Counted from the stretch's first letter, positions 12,526-25,734 are shown. The stretch: 64,000 bases of DNA from Scyliorhinus canicula (GCF_902713615.1 NC_052146.1:69335238-69399237), one strand, 5' to 3'. A program made the numbers and translations. The notes: generated by a model from the letters alone, not told the origin.

Positions 12526-13472
12526 CAGATGCTATTGTAATGAACATTGTTAAGTGGGCAATTTAAGACTGAACAGCTTTATTTCAGAAGAAATATTTAC
12601 ATTTATGTGCTATCACATCTCAAAGCATTTCACACAATGTGAATTACTTAAAGTGCACTGATGGTGTTAGAGACAAACATGCAATCATTTTGCATACACT
12701 AAGATCACAAATAGTAAAGAACAACTTGAATATTTACAGTGCTTGCTATGATCTTAGTACATCCTACAGTGATTTACAGTTAATTAAATAATTCAGAAGT
12801 GTAGTCACTGTTGTAATAAAGAAAATGTAGTGAAGTAAATTAACAATTAATTTGGGGAGTCTAAGATATATCTTTGACACACAAAGTTCGGTAGAAGTTT
12901 GGAAGTCTTCCACAGACAATGGTAGATCACTTGTTAAATTTACAACTGAGATTGAGATTTGAGATGCAGTAAAAAGGTTAACAATTACCTGGTTAAAGTA
13001 TTCTAAACTATGTACGTATGTGATGAACAAACATTAGCTGTGACTTCACAAATCCACTGAAGGCATATTTAGGGTGGTAACCTTTGTAGAAATGTTTGTC
13101 AGATGCTTTGAAAATAAATATTTTGTTGCTACCATGTCTGTTGTTGTCTTGTGCTAATGTGAATATTGTGGTGCTTAGAAAATCAATGCTTTCCTTGTGT
13201 GTTGTGGCTTTAATATTCCCTTGACATTCAGTGGCATTACCATCAATTAATTCCCCTCTATCAACATCCTGGGCTTACCATTAGCATGAAATTGAACTGG
13301 GTCAGACATCTAAACACTGTGGCTACAGGAGCCGGTCAGAAGCTGGCAATTCTGTGCTGTAGGTGACTATCACATCTCAAAGCAGAATTAGAATTCTTCA
13401 ATATCTTCAATAATCAACACTCCTCCATTGATTCTTTTTATTCTTTCACAGGATGTTGGCATTGCTGACAGG

Positions 13473-13670
13473 ATGTGGAGCTGGACTGGGGTGAGCACAG
13501 TAAGAAGTCTTACAGCACCAGGTTAAAGTCCAACAGGTTTGTTTCAAACACGAGCTTTCGGAGCGCAGCTCCTTCCTCAGGTGAAGGACCTTAGGAAGGA
13601 GCAGTGCTCCGAAAGCTCGTGTTTGAAACAAACCTGTTGGACTTTAACCTGGTGTTGTAAGACTTCTTAC
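13473..13670. mobile_element. Palindromic Penelope pLTR mini-element
   Basis: 83-bp inverted arms at 13500-13582 and 13588-13670 made of pLTR sequence. 12-bp TSD ATTGCTGACAGG at 13461-13472 and 13671-13682. Confidence 0.9.
13549..13583 (-). ncRNA. Minimal type I hammerhead ribozyme motif (Penelope-associated), intact core
   Basis: Minus strand reads CAC CUGAGGA A GGAGC UGC GCUCC GAAA GC UC GUG: stem I CAC/GUG, stem II GGAGC/GCUCC, palindromic AGCU stem III. Confidence 0.8.
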
Positions 13671-13836
13671 ATTGCTGACAGGGATAGCATTTGCACACCC
13701 TTAATTGTCCTTGATACAGGGGTTACCTCCTGACTGACCAAAGCCTGTCTGTCCATCATCTAAAGAGAATAAGAGTGTGATGAAACACTCTCCATTTGCC
13801 TGGAAGGGTGCACCTCCAACAAAACTCAAGAATCTT

Positions 13837-14072
13837 TATTTAAAATTAAAATTTTTTTTTTAGAGTACCCAATTATTATTTTTTTTCCAATTAAGGGGCA
13901 ATTTAGTGTGGCCAATCCACCTAACCTGCACATCTTTGGGTTGTGGGTGTGAAACCCATGCAGACATGGGGAAAATGTGCAAACTCCATACGGACAGTGA
14001 CCCAGGGCCGGGATTCGAACCCGGGTCCTCAGTGCCGCAGTCCCAGTGCTATCCACTGCGCCACATGCCGTC
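13837..14072 (-). mobile_element. V-SINE, short A-tailed form
   Basis: tRNA head and short V domain. 17-bp TSD CAAAA(C/T)TCAAGAATCTT at 13820-13836 and 14073-14089. Confidence 0.9.
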
Positions 14073-14641
14073 CAAAATTCAAGAATCTTGATACCATTTA
14101 GAATAAAGCCACTGCTTGACTGGCACACTACCCACGACCTTAAACATTCACTCCTTCCACCATTGACACATAATGGGAACAATGTATGCCTCATGTAAAA
14201 TGCGCTGCAGCAACTCACCAAGGCTCCTTCAATAGTACTTTACAAACCCATGACCTCTAACAGCTAGAAGTCCAAGGACTGCTGATGCACGGCAGAACCA
14301 CTGGTTGTGGATTGCCGTCTAAGCCACACACACCCTGACTTGGAACTATATTGTCATTCTTCACTGTTGTTGGGGCAAAATCCTGGAACTCCCTCTCTAA
14401 TAACAGTTTAGATGCACCTACATGGAAAGCAGTGGTTTAATAGCTCACCAAGACTGTATCGAGGACAATTAAGGGTGTGCAAATGCTGGCCCTGTCAGCA
14501 ATGCCGACATCCTGTGAAAGAATAAAAAGAATCAATGGAGGGTTATTGATTATTGAAGATATTCTAATTCTGCTCCTTTGTGCATCAAATACAGAAGGTA
14601 ATGTTTCTCCATGACTGCATCATCTCAATAGTGGAGTTAAT

Positions 14642-14856
14642 TTTTTTTTAAATTAGAGTATCCAATTTTTTTTTCCAATTAAGAGGCAATTTAGCATGGT
14701 CAATTCACCTACCCTGCACATTGTGTGGGTTGTGAGGGTGAGATCCATGCACAAAAGGGGAGAATGTAAAAACTCCACAGGGACCCAGGGCTAGAATCAC
14801 ACCTGGGTCCTTGGTGCCGTGAGTCAGTAGTGCTAACCACTATGTCCCCGTAATGC
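14642..14856 (-). mobile_element. V-SINE, short A-tailed form (diverged)
   Basis: 18-bp TSD CTCAA(T/A)AGTGGAGTTAAT at 14624-14641 and 14857-14874. Confidence 0.88.
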
Positions 14857-15919
14857 CTCAAAAGTGGAGTTAATGAGAATGAAAAAGGAACCCCAGAACA
14901 CCAAAAAGTAGCCTCAATAAAAATCTCAAGAAGAACCCTTGAGGAAAAAGAATTATTTTGACCCCTGGCAAAGTTGTATATTAGATATGGTATATAATTT
15001 ATCATGTTTGTGCAATCTTTCTTTAGACATACAATGTGCACTGCTGCAGGCACCAGACTCTTTATTAGGCAACCCAAAATCCAGAAGGACCCAAAAACAG
15101 GGTACTTTTGGATCAGACTTTTGAAATGGCCGAGAAAGCCATTCAGTTGTAACAAACAGCTACAGAAAAGTCAAACAAGAATAAAATTAGATAAACCACG
15201 CGACATTGACCTAATCAGTCTATTTTAAAATAATTGAGGTTACCCATTATTACTCCTTTAAGGTTATTGTTTCTGCAATTTTCCTGGAAATTTCTTTCCC
15301 TATCTTATTCCCTCATTTGGTGGCCGATAGCATACACCCAGCAGTGTAATATCTCTTCTGTTATTCCTTAATTTTAACTAAATAGTCATCCCTTTTGATT
15401 GTAATGGTGATCGGATGCAGTCATGGGTGTAATTTCACAGTGGAATTCCAGGTGCCCCAACGGAGGAAATTGCCAGGGTAGATAGGGCTAAGGAATTGGT
15501 TGATAATTGTGTTGCTCTGTTACCATCTTGTCTTACTTTGACTTTCCAGCAGATGGCATTGTTGAGTTGCAGACAGGTGGTTGAAGTTTGTGGTTAGTTT
15601 GGGATTTGCAACAAAAGTGGTTCTGTTTTTGCTTTAGTTGTGTCGACATCACAGACTAATACCCATATAATATTCTCCAAGATGTATATGGACACTGCTA
15701 GGTAAAGCAGGCATAACATGCTGAAATGATGGTCCTGATTAATGCTTAAACGTTTGCTAAATTGTGGTTTGCTGTCAACATGCAGTTTGGGGAAACTTGG
15801 TAAGGAAATCCCAGCTCCATGTTACACGAGGAAACGTGTACAACTTATGAAAATTAAGTCATGATGAATTGTTTAATTTTTTCTTTAGAACAGAGGGATA
15901 TGTTTGGTGTGCTTTAACT

Positions 15920-16776
15920 CAATGTCTGCAGAGGGATTTGGATAGGTTAAGTGAATGGGCTAGGGTCTGGCAGATGGAATACAATGTTGACAAATGTGAG
16001 GTTATCCATTTTGGTAGGAATAACAGCAAAAGGGATTATTATTTAAATGATAAAATATTAAAACATGCTGCTGTGCAGAGAGATCTGGATGTGCTAGTGC
16101 ATGAGTCGCAAAATGTTGGTTTACAGGTGCAACAGGTGATTAAGAAGGCGAATGGAGTTTTGTCCTTCATTGCTAGAGGGATGGAGTTTAAGACTAGGGA
16201 GGTTATGCTGCAATTGTATAAGGTGTTAGTGAGGCCACACCTGGAGTATTGTGTTCAGTTTTGGTCTCCTTACCTGAGAAAGAACGTACTGGCGCTGGAG
16301 GGTGCATAGAGGAGATTCACTAGGTTAATCCCAGATCTGAAGGGGTTGGATTACGAGGAGAGGTTGAGTAGACTGGGACTGTACTCATCAGAATTTAGAA
16401 GGATGAGGGGGGATCTTATAGAAACATATAAAATTATGAAGGGAATAGATAGGATAGATGCGGACAGATTGTTTCCACTGGCGGGTGAAAGCAGAACTCG
16501 GGGGCATAGCCTCAAAATAAGGGGAAGTAGATTTAGGACTGAGTTTAGGAGGAACTTCTTTACCCAAAGGGTTGTGAATCTCTGGAATTCCTTGCCCAGT
16601 GAAGGAGTAGAGGCTCCTTCATTAAATGTTTTAAAGATAAAGATAGATAGTTTTTTGAAGAATAAAGGGATTAAGGGTTATGGTGTTCAGGCCGGAAAGT
16701 GGATCTGAGTCCACAAAAGATCAGCCATGATCTCATTGAATGGCGGAGCAGGCTCGAGGGGCCAGATGTTCTTATG
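15920..16776 (+). mobile_element. CR1 LINE 3' end (RT C-terminus and 3' UTR)
   Basis: LQRDLDRLSEWARVWQMEYNVDKCEVIHFG, LVRPHLEYCVQFWSPY and NFFTQRVVNLWNSLP. Confidence 0.93.
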
Positions 16777-16784
16777 TTTTTTTT

Positions 16785-17110
16785 TAGAACAGTACAGCAC
16801 AGAACAGGCCCTTCGGGCCTCGATGTTGTGCCGAGCAATGATCACCCTACTTAAACCCACGTAACCCAACAATCCCCCCATTAACCTTACACTACAGGCA
16901 ATTTAGCATGGCCAATCCACCTAACCCGCACATCTTTGGACTGTGGGAGGAAACCGGAGCACCCGGAGGAAACCCACGCACACACGTGAAGGACGTGTAG
17001 ACTCCACACAGACAGTGACCCAGCCGGGAATCGAACCTGGGACCCTGGAGCTGTGAAGCATTGATGCTAACCACCATGCTACCGTGAGGCCCCTGCTACC
17101 GTGAGGCCCC
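16785..17110 (-). mobile_element. V-SINE, long form with CR1-type tail; its first 17 nt are tandemly duplicated
   Basis: tRNA head, full V domain (GGTTTCCTCCGGGTGCTCCGGTTTCCTCCCACAGTCCAAAG) and tail GGCCTGTTCTGTGCTGTACTGTTCT. TGCTACCGTGAGGCCCC occurs twice, at 17077-17093 and 17094-17110. Confidence 0.9.
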
Positions 17111-17619
17111 TCTGATTAGCCTTTGTGATTGAAAATGCCTGGAATTATTTAAAATTTATTTGACAAATTGGTACAATTATTAGGAGTTGGTTAGTATGCT
17201 ACGAAACAACGCACTGAGGAAATTAACCTTACTTGGGGTGATCTTTCCAGTGTACTCATTATGTAGCAAAATCATAAGAACATTTATAAAATAAAAGGTC
17301 TATAATTTCACTACACAGAAGCAATGAGGAATTCTGTGTTTAAAGGAGTCACATGGCGTATGTGAATTTTATGGCTACCAGACACATAAACATGCACCTA
17401 GAATTGTGCTGTGAGGTAAAATAGCCCAGGGAAAATCAATTTGAATCATTCCATATGGGAATTCTTATGAATTTTGAAAAAGGAATGAATGAATGAATCA
17501 ATCAATCAATCAATCACTCAATCCAAAAGCTTAGACATAGAGACAGATAGAATGAAAATAGATGAGGAATGGCCTTGATAGCGAAGGAGAAAGGATCTTG
17601 GCTCAGAAGACAAGAATTA

Positions 17620-17990
17620 GAGTCAGTACGGGTGAAGATTATGAATATCAAGGCTCAGAAAATACTGGTGGGTGTGGCTTATAGGCCAATTGTAATGCCA
17701 TTGGACAGAGCAGTAAGCAAGAAATAATTGGATTTTGTGACATAATTTTGTGGAATAATCAAGTTTACATGTAATTTGGAAGGAAAATGGATTGCTGGCC
17801 TTTATTTAATAAGGGGTTGGAGAATAAAAACAGGGAAATTTTACTACAACTGTACAGGGTATTCGTAGTGAGGCTGCTCCTAGAATACTGTGAACAGTCT
17901 TGGACTCATTTTGTAAGAAGGGATTTACTTTCAGTGGAAGTAATTCAGAGAGGTTTAACTGCAGGTGGAATATCCTTTATCAAAAGCTCT
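17620..17990 (+). mobile_element. Highly degraded CR1 remnant
   Basis: GLENKNREILLQLYRVFVVRLLLEYCEQSW resembles the CR1 C-terminal motif. Confidence 0.65.
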
Positions 17991-18414
17991 CAGGGATGAT
18001 TTTGTTTCCGATTTCATATGATTCTGTTTTTTGCCTACTGCACATAGACCTTGGCCTACTTGCATTACAATGGCTGAAGCCTCGGCTAGCTCTAATCTAA
18101 AGTAAATAAAATGCTAGAAAAGTAAGATGTAACGCTGAATAACGCAGGATACCTGTAATAACGTCTCATCTGTGGGGCCATCTGCGATTCTGTTTGTAGG
18201 AATGCATTTGCAAGGAAAGCAGTACAGGCAATGCCAAGTGCAAGTTGGTGAAGTTTGTCTGCTTGTGTTGTGTTGGCTCAGGTCAGCAACTTCCCACATT
18301 GAAGGTTGATGAGGCTAAAAAAATATGGTTCCTCCTTGGTGCCCAAACTGGAGGTGATTGTTTCTCTGGGTGCCAAAAGGTATTTGATAGAATGGAATGG
18401 GAGTAATTATTAGA

Positions 18415-19200
18415 ATTTCTTGAGAGATTTGGATTTGGCAACAAATTTATTTATTGGATTCGGTTACTGGATGAGGCCCACACTGCAAATGTTTGTACGA
18501 ATGCCCTGAACAATGATTATTTTCCATTGAACAAGGGCACGAGGCAGGGCTGATCACTGCCCCTATTTTGTTTGCCTTGGCAATAGAGCCATTGGCTATA
18601 GCACTGAGGTCCTCTGTAAAGTGGAAGGTGATAAATCGGTTAGGGATGGAGCATCAGGTATCCCTTTACGTGGATGACCTAATTCTTTATATTACCGACC
18701 CAGTACCCTCCATGGACAACATAATGAGGCTGCTTAGTATTTTTTGGCTCCTTTTCTGGTTACAAGTTGAACTTTGACAAGAGTTAGTGTTTATTGGTTA
18801 ACCCCCCTGGGAAAAATGTTATTTTTTTCACCTGGCTAGGACTAGCTTTCATTATCTGGGGGTCCAGGTGGCCCACAACTGGGCTTCACTTCATAAATTA
18901 AACTTCACTAGTCTGGTTAGCAGTATCAAAACAGACTTGCAGAAGTGCAATGATCTTTCCCTATGATTGACGGGTAGGGTTCAGACTATTAAAATGAATG
19001 TGCTCCCGAGGTTTTTATTTTTCTTTTCCTCGTTTTCCTTCCCACATCATTTTTGGTCAGGTCAACAAATTGATATCTTTCTTTATTTCGGCTGGCAAGA
19101 TGCCCAGAATCCGCGGTATGTTTCTCCAAAGTGGCAGCCAGACAATATTGTTGTGGCTTGGCGATCCCAGATCCATATGGGGACAAATGGAAACACGCTC
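18415..19200 (+). mobile_element. Old L1-clade RT fragment
   Basis: KGTRQG, FALAIEPLAIALR, SLYVDDLILY and GRVQTIKMNVLPRFLF. Confidence 0.85.
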
Positions 19201-19254
19201 CTGCACTGCCTCTAGTCTTCATGCAATAGTTATTGCACATTTTGCCACTGTTAG

Positions 19255-22200
19255 ATTTTCTTTTTTTTTAGAAGATATTTTATTGAGGCATATGTAATTT
19301 TCAGTTTAACACATTAACATTTCTTAAACACCCCCGCGGGCTGACACAAGCAAAGAAAGAAAAGAATGGATCTTACAGACCAACGCCCCTACTCCCCCCA
19401 CTCTATTCCCTAGCTACCCATAAACTATATTCTCTGTCCCGTTGTAAAATTGCCATGCCGCCTGTTCCCCCCCACCCCAACTCCTGACATTCAGTTCTCC
19501 TTGAAGTAATCTGTGAACGGCTGCCATCTCAGGGCGTACCCTTGAATTGATCCTCTCAAAGCGAATTCGGGCCACCAGGGGGGAGAAGGCCAGAACATTG
19601 GCCTCCCTCCCCTCCACTGGCCCCCGGATCCTCGGATGCCCCAATATTGCCAATCCTTCCTTCTAGTACTCTGACATAACATCCGCAACTCCCTGCCAGA
19701 ATGCCCTCAATTTCTGACAAGCCCAAAAGATATGCACATGGTTTGCCGGGCTACCCCCAAATGCCCAAATTAGTCCTCCACCTTGTCAAAGAACCTGCTC
19801 ATCCAGGCTACCGTCATGTGGGCCCTGTGGACCACCTTGAACTGGATCAAGCAAAGTCTGGCACACAACGAGGTTGAGTTGACTCTCTTCAGGGCTTTTT
19901 CCCACAGCTCGAATTCTATCTCCCCACCCAGCTCCTTTTCCCACTTCCTCTTCACCTCCCTGTTAGGGGCCCCTTCCCACTCCATCAGCTCCTTGTATAT
20001 CTCCGACACCCTCCCCTCTCCTACCTCTGTTTTTGACATCACCTTATCTTGTAACCCCCTCAGGGGAAGGCGAGGGAAGCCAGGAACCTGCCTCCAGACA
20101 AAATCCCGTACCTGTAAGTACTGAAACCCATTCACGCCCGGCAACACAAACTCCTCTAATGCCTCCAAGGTAGGGAAACCCTCCTGAATGAATAGGTCCC
20201 CAAATCTCTCAGTCCCTGCCCGCCTCCATCCCCTATAGCCCCCATCCAGCCCCCCCGGGGCAAACGGGTGATTGTTACAAATAGGTGACCACACTGACGC
20301 CCTGTAGCCACCTGGGGTGACCACTGCCCAACACAAAATGGAAGATTGCAAGGAAGGCAGGGAAATTGTACATGTTGTAAAAGCAAGCAGCTTGCAAAGC
20401 GCTTGTATATTCAGACTACTGCAGAAACCAGTTTTGACTGCTGCAGAAACCAGACAGCACTATGAAAAGAAAACAGTTAGCATACTAATGAGGCGATACT
20501 GGGCGATCCCCAGATACAATGGAAACAGATCGATACATTGGATGGAAGGCCAGACTTTTCGGCGCCAAAGAAGCCCAAAACAATAAGTCCCAAGAACCGC
20601 CCCAGTGATCGAGGGAATGCCCCGCTATTGGGGAATTCAAATCAATCGATTGGGAAGAGACCCAATCAATTGCGAGAGTATAGAGGGTCCGCCCAGGTGG
20701 GCGCAAGACCCTGAGAGGAGTATAAGACAGAGACCGCGGCCCCAGCTCTCTCTCTCTGTCAGCCTCTCCTTGACCAGCCAGCCCTCCCAGCAGAACACCG
20801 TTGCAGCAGAAGAACCTTGAGGAGGAGAGGTCTGGACAGCAGCCGCCAACAAGTAAGTCACAACGCACGCTACGGAAATAGACACTCCTGACCCCCTGTA
20901 GTCCATAACTACTGGAAGCCTGCGGACCCAGGACAAAGCTAGAAGCCGTTGTTCCCTGATCCGGCAGTCCCCTTATCCAGATAAGTATTTGGCCTATTAG
21001 TGGTAGGATTAGCCTACTTATAGTTTTATATGCATGATTAGTAGATTACTGTAATATAATAAACGTGTCTTGTTTGAACTTACTAACTGGTGTATGGTTT
21101 TATTGCTTTGAACTTGAACTTGAAACTTGTGGCGGTATCTTAACGATACCTGGCGACTCCAAAGCTAAGGAACAAAATAGAGCCAAATTGAGTGTTAAGC
21201 ACACTCACCCAGAACGAGCAACACGCCCCCTCCAATCTCATGTGCTGCCGCCATTGCCCCCACACCCAAGGGCCGTACCGAGCCGGCGAAACGGCAGGGG
21301 CGCCGTCAGTAAGGCCTCCAAACTCGAACCCTTGCAGGATGCCGCTTCTACTCGCTCCCACACTGACCCCTCCCCCACTACCCACTTCCTGACCATCGAT
21401 ATGTTGGCCACCCATAATAGTTAATGAAGCTCGGGAGGGCCAAGCCCCCCCTCTCCGCAACCCCCATTCCAGGAGTGCCATCTTTACTCTCAAAGTTTTA
21501 CCAGCCCACACAAAACCCGATATTGCCACGTTCATTTTCCTGAAAAAAGCCTTTGGGATAAAAATCTGGAGACATTGAAAAAAGAAGAGCAGTCTCGGAA
21601 GGACCATCATCTTCACCGTCTGAACCCTCCCCACCAGCGTCAACGGGAGCATGTCCCATCTGCAGAAATCTCTTTTCATTTGATCCACTGCTTTGCCCAG
21701 ATTTAACTTAATCCTCAGCCACTTGAATCCCCAGATATCTAAAACTCCTCTCAACCACTCTGAACAGCAACTCCCTCAGTCTCTTTTCCTGCCCCTGTGC
21801 CTGGATCACGAACATCTCGCTCTTTCCCATATTTAACTTGTAACCTGAAAACCACCCAAATTCTCCTAGTACCTCCATGATTTTGGCCATCCCCCCACCA
21901 GGTCTGTGACATAGAGCAGTAAATCATCCGCATATAGAGATATTCTTGCCCCCCCCCCCCCCCCCTCCCCCCTCACTATCCCCCGCCAGGCATTTGATGA
22001 CCTAAGGGACATTGCCAAGGGCTCCATGGTCAGGGCAAACAGTGATGGGGAGAGCGGACATCCCTGTCTTGTCCCCCTGCAGAGACTAAAATACTCTGAC
22101 TGGACTCGGTTTGTTCTTACATTTGCCACCGGAGGCTGATATAACAGTCAGACCCAATCCCCAAATCCCTGTCCGAACCCAAACCTGCCTAAAATGTCCC

Positions 22201-23410
22201 ATAGGTAGTTCCACTCCACCTGGTCAAAAGCCTTCTCTGCGTCCATGGCTACTACCACCTGAATATCGTGCCCATCCACTGGCATCATTATAACATTAAG
22301 ACGCAGTCTAATATTGGGTGTCAGGTGCCTAACCTTCACAAATCCCGTCTGATCTTCTCCGATTACCTCGGAGCAATCCTCTATTCGAGTGGCCAAGATC
22401 TTTGCCAACGATTTAGCATCAACGTTCGGTAGGGAGATTGGCCTGTACAATCCACAGTTCTCCGGGTACTTATCTTGCTTCAGGATGAGAGAAATTGATG
22501 CCTGTGATAGCGTTGGGGGGGAGTACTCCCAGCTCCCGAGACTCGTTAAAAGGCTTAACCAGGAACGGCCCCAGTAACCCAGAGAACATCTTATAAAATT
22601 CCACTGGGAATCTGTCAGGTCCCGGGGCCTTACCTGATTGCATTGCCCCCAGTCCATCTATCACCTCCCCGAGCCACAATGGGTGCCCCAGGTCTTCCAC
22701 CAGCTCCTCATCTACCTTTGGGAACTCTAGCCTCTCTCGCAATTGATTCATACCCTTCTCCCCGGCTGGGGCTTCCGACTCATATAACTGACTATAAAAT
22801 ACATGGTACACGTCATTAACGTCCCCCGGGTCTATCACTACCTTCCCTCTCATATCCTTTATTTTCCTTATTTCTCTCGCCGCCTCCCGCTTCTTCAGCT
22901 GATGTGCCAGCATCCTGCTAGCTTTCTCCCCATATTCATATATTGCCCCTTTTACCCTCCTCAGCTGCCCCTCCACCATACCTGTGGAAAGGAGCCCAAA
23001 TTCCATTTGGTGTCTCTGACGCTCCCTCAGGAGCTCCTCGTCTGGAGATTCCGCATATCCCTGTCCACCTGTAAGATTTCACCTACCAATCTGTCCAGCT
23101 CCGCCCGTTTAGTTTTCTCCTATGGGCTCGAATCGAAATAAATTCCTCTGATAACTGCCTTCAATGCCTCCCAAACCACTCCTGCCACAGTCTCTCCCGT
23201 ATCATTAGCCCCGGATGGCTGCCCTCACTCGCTCACAGATCTTATCGTCTGCAAGCAGCCCAGCATCTGATCTCCACTGTGGGCGCTGAGACTTTCCCGT
23301 GCTTGCCCGTAGGTCTACCCAATGTGGCGTATGGTCTGACACCACATTTGATATCACATTTCTTAACAAGGTGCTCTCCCCAATTATTCCATCCCCAATC
23401 TTACCTAACC
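19255..23410 (-). mobile_element. L1-clade LINE (ORF2 to A-rich tail), split by a solo LTR at 20303-21223
   Basis: Tail at about 19255. C-terminal IQFKVVHRAHMT. RT motifs RGTRQGCPLSP and SLYADDLLLY. EN motif SDHTPHWVDL. The frame rejoins across the LTR as HMRLEGA|SVWSPICNNH. Confidence 0.92.
20303..21223 (+). mobile_element. Solo LTR (921 bp), family unknown
   Basis: TGTAGC...GCAACA termini, 5-bp TSD CGCCC at 20298-20302 and 21224-21228, AATAAA at about 21058. Interrupts the L1 ORF2 exactly. Confidence 0.85.
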
Positions 23411-23850
23411 CCACCCGCGCCAATCCGGCTGGATCACACAACCCTATCCCCTGATCCATTGGGACCCCCCAAACCCGATACCCTCACCCTCCCTGAATGT
23501 CCCACCCTCCCTGATGTCTGACCCCCCATTCCCCCGATCTCTGATACCACACACCACGCCACCCCAGCCCCCAAGTCTTTTTCACTTACCTGAGAGACTT
23601 ACCTTATCTCTGGCCTGTCACTTTCAATTGGACCTTTAAACTTTCCAGCTCTCTGGCAGCTAGTGAATTTAGAAAAAGGCTACATGTCCTTCTTCACTGC
23701 GACTCTTAGATTTTGCGCTGGTTTCTGTGGACGGCTGTGGTGTCTGGACCTCATCTAGTCTGGGTCAGGTGAGGAAGGCATGGAAGAAATTTGGTGCAGC
23801 TAAGTGGGTGCAATGTGCCAATCCGACACTGATTGCCAATCTTAGGAAGT
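23410..23850 (-). repeat. Unclassified non-autonomous repeat with a C-rich tract
   Basis: C-rich tract next to CACTTACCTG (minus-strand CAGGTAAG). Layout mirrors 43900-45200. Boundaries approximate. Confidence 0.3.
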
Positions 23851-23879
23851 TAAGGCCCTAAAGTGGTTATGGTGGTAAA

Positions 23880-24300
23880 TAAACAGTGGGGACATTCACA
23901 GAAATAATGAAACATGTTCAACAAAAATGCATTCTATTGAAGAAGTTCAGCAAGAAATATCCATTCATGACTTACTAAGGAAGTTACGGATGGTACTAAA
24001 TTAACAAAGAGGATTATCGCTTCAAAGGGTAATCCTGAGAATTGGGAGTGTTTAGAAACTTGGAAAAGGTGATCGGAAAGTTGAAACAAATGAAAAAATA
24101 CAATATGAGAGTCAACTAACAAGGAATATAAAAACAGATTGTACGAGTATATCAAACGGATCATAGAGGAGTAAAGGTTGATCCCTTCGAGGCAGTCAGA
24201 GGAGAAATTATCACGGGGAATGAGGAAATGGAAGAGTAGTGAACAAACAATGTGCGTCTTTTTTTCAATGTAAAAGGCACAAGTTGCATACCAGAAATAT
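23880..24300 (+). mobile_element. Degraded CR1 ORF2 fragment
   Basis: ...GGAGAAATTATCACGGGGAATGAGGAAATGG (GEIITGNEEM) and an upstream region typical of CR1 ORF2. Confidence 0.55.
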
Positions 24301-24854
24301 GGGGTTCTCTTTATTTTTGGAGTCGGTGGGGGTGGGAATGGGAGGGGTTCTTTTTATTTAGGGGGCCTCTGGGGATCTCTTAAATTATAGGGTCTCTGGG
24401 GGTCCCTTTAATTAGGGGGTCTCTGGTGGGGGGGGGGGGGGGTGAGTTGTGAGGGAGGGTAGTCCTCCAATGGACTTTGGGGGCAACTTCCTTAAAGAGT
24501 TGGTCAACCGCGAGGTCCACCGTGTCAGGTGCACACTTGTCAGGACCAAAACCCAATTCTCGCTCACCTGATTCCTGGTCCAGAGGACTGGAGTATCATG
24601 AGGACCTGGAGAATATGGTGCCCAGCCCGTTAATAGGATACAATTGGGTGGTAATGATACATTTGCATATTCCTGCTGGCATGGACCTTGATCCTGGATT
24701 CTCCGCCACATTGTGAACTCACTACTGGAGAATCCAGCCGATTGTTACAGTAGGTTTTATGGGGTAAAAGAATAGAAAATAATACTTGAACCAACAAATG
24801 GTTTTTAATTTCCACAACATTCCTGTGCAGTGAGATATGGGCTTTTTAAAGCAA

Positions 24855-25322
24855 CAATCAATATCTTTAGACTTTTAATTCCAGTTTTTTATTGAATTCA
24901 AATTTCACCATCTGCTGTGGTGGGGTTTGAACCTGGGTGCCCGGAGAATGACTGTGGCAAGGGGCAGCACGGTAGCACAGTAGTTAGCAAATTTGCTTCA
25001 CAGATCCAGAGTTCCAGGTTCGAGTCCCAGCTTGGGTCTCTGTCTGCGCGGAGTCTGCATGTTCTCCCCGGGTCTGCGGCGGTTTCCTACGGGTGCTCCG
25101 GTTTCCTCCCACAGTCCAAAGATGTGCGGTTTAGTTGGATTGGCCATGCTTAATGCCGTTAGGTTAGGTAGGGTTACTGATTTCCAGGGATAGGGTGGAG
25201 GTGTGGGATGCTCTTTCCAAGAGCCGGTGCAGACTTGATGGGCCGAATGGCCTCCTTCTGCACTGTGAATTCTATAATTCTATGATTCCGGTCCAGCGAT
25301 AATACCACTAGGCTATTGCCTC
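24855..25322 (-). mobile_element. tRNA-head SINE family C (head), interrupted by a V-SINE at 24961-25288
   Basis: Minus strand reads GAGGCAATAGCCTAGTGGTATTATCGCTGGA...CCCAGGTTCAAACCCCACCACAGCAGATGGTGAAATTTGAATTCAATAAAAAACTGGAATT, with A and B boxes. Confidence 0.65.
24961..25288 (+). mobile_element. V-SINE, long form with CR1-type tail
   Basis: Full V domain. Tail GGGCCGAATGGCCTCCTTCTGCACTGT plus (ATTCTAT)n. Confidence 0.9.
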
Positions 25323-25507
25323 TTGTAGCTATGCAATTAGAACCATTTTTAACACTTCTGCTATTTGTTCATCCCAATTTAAAAACTCATAAATTACAGC
25401 ACCTGGGAATGTTGGACTCGTCTTTGCCTCATTATCTACTCTATCTATCAAAATTTCAAGTTGAGAATTATTAAATAGTGATTTGAACAGAATAAAATTT
25501 GTCTTTT

Positions 25508-25734
25508 TTTAAATTAACTTTAAGAGTGCCCAACTAATTTTTTCCAATTAAGGGGCAATTTTAGCATGGCCAATCCACCTAGACGCCACATCGTTGGATT
25601 GTGGGGGCGAAACCCACGCAAACACGGGGAGAATGTGCAAACTACACACGGACAATGACCCAGAGCCAGGATCGAACCTGGGACCTCGGCGCCGTGAGAC
25701 AGCAATGCTAACCACTGCGCCACCGAACTGCCTG
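25508..25734 (-). mobile_element. V-SINE, short A-tailed form
   Basis: Perfect 15-bp TSD TAAAATTTGTCTTTT at 25493-25507 and 25735-25749. Confidence 0.9.

Larger units (their letters stand above)
13205..14530 (+). mobile_element. Old CR1/L2-group LINE 3' part, interrupted by a Penelope palindrome and a SINE
   Basis: Degenerate PLTFSGITI...INILG...KLNW...TVAT motif, same family as 62960-63755. 3' tail ...GCTGGCCCTGTCAGCAATGCCGACATCCTGTGAAAGAATAAAAA. Confidence 0.65.
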
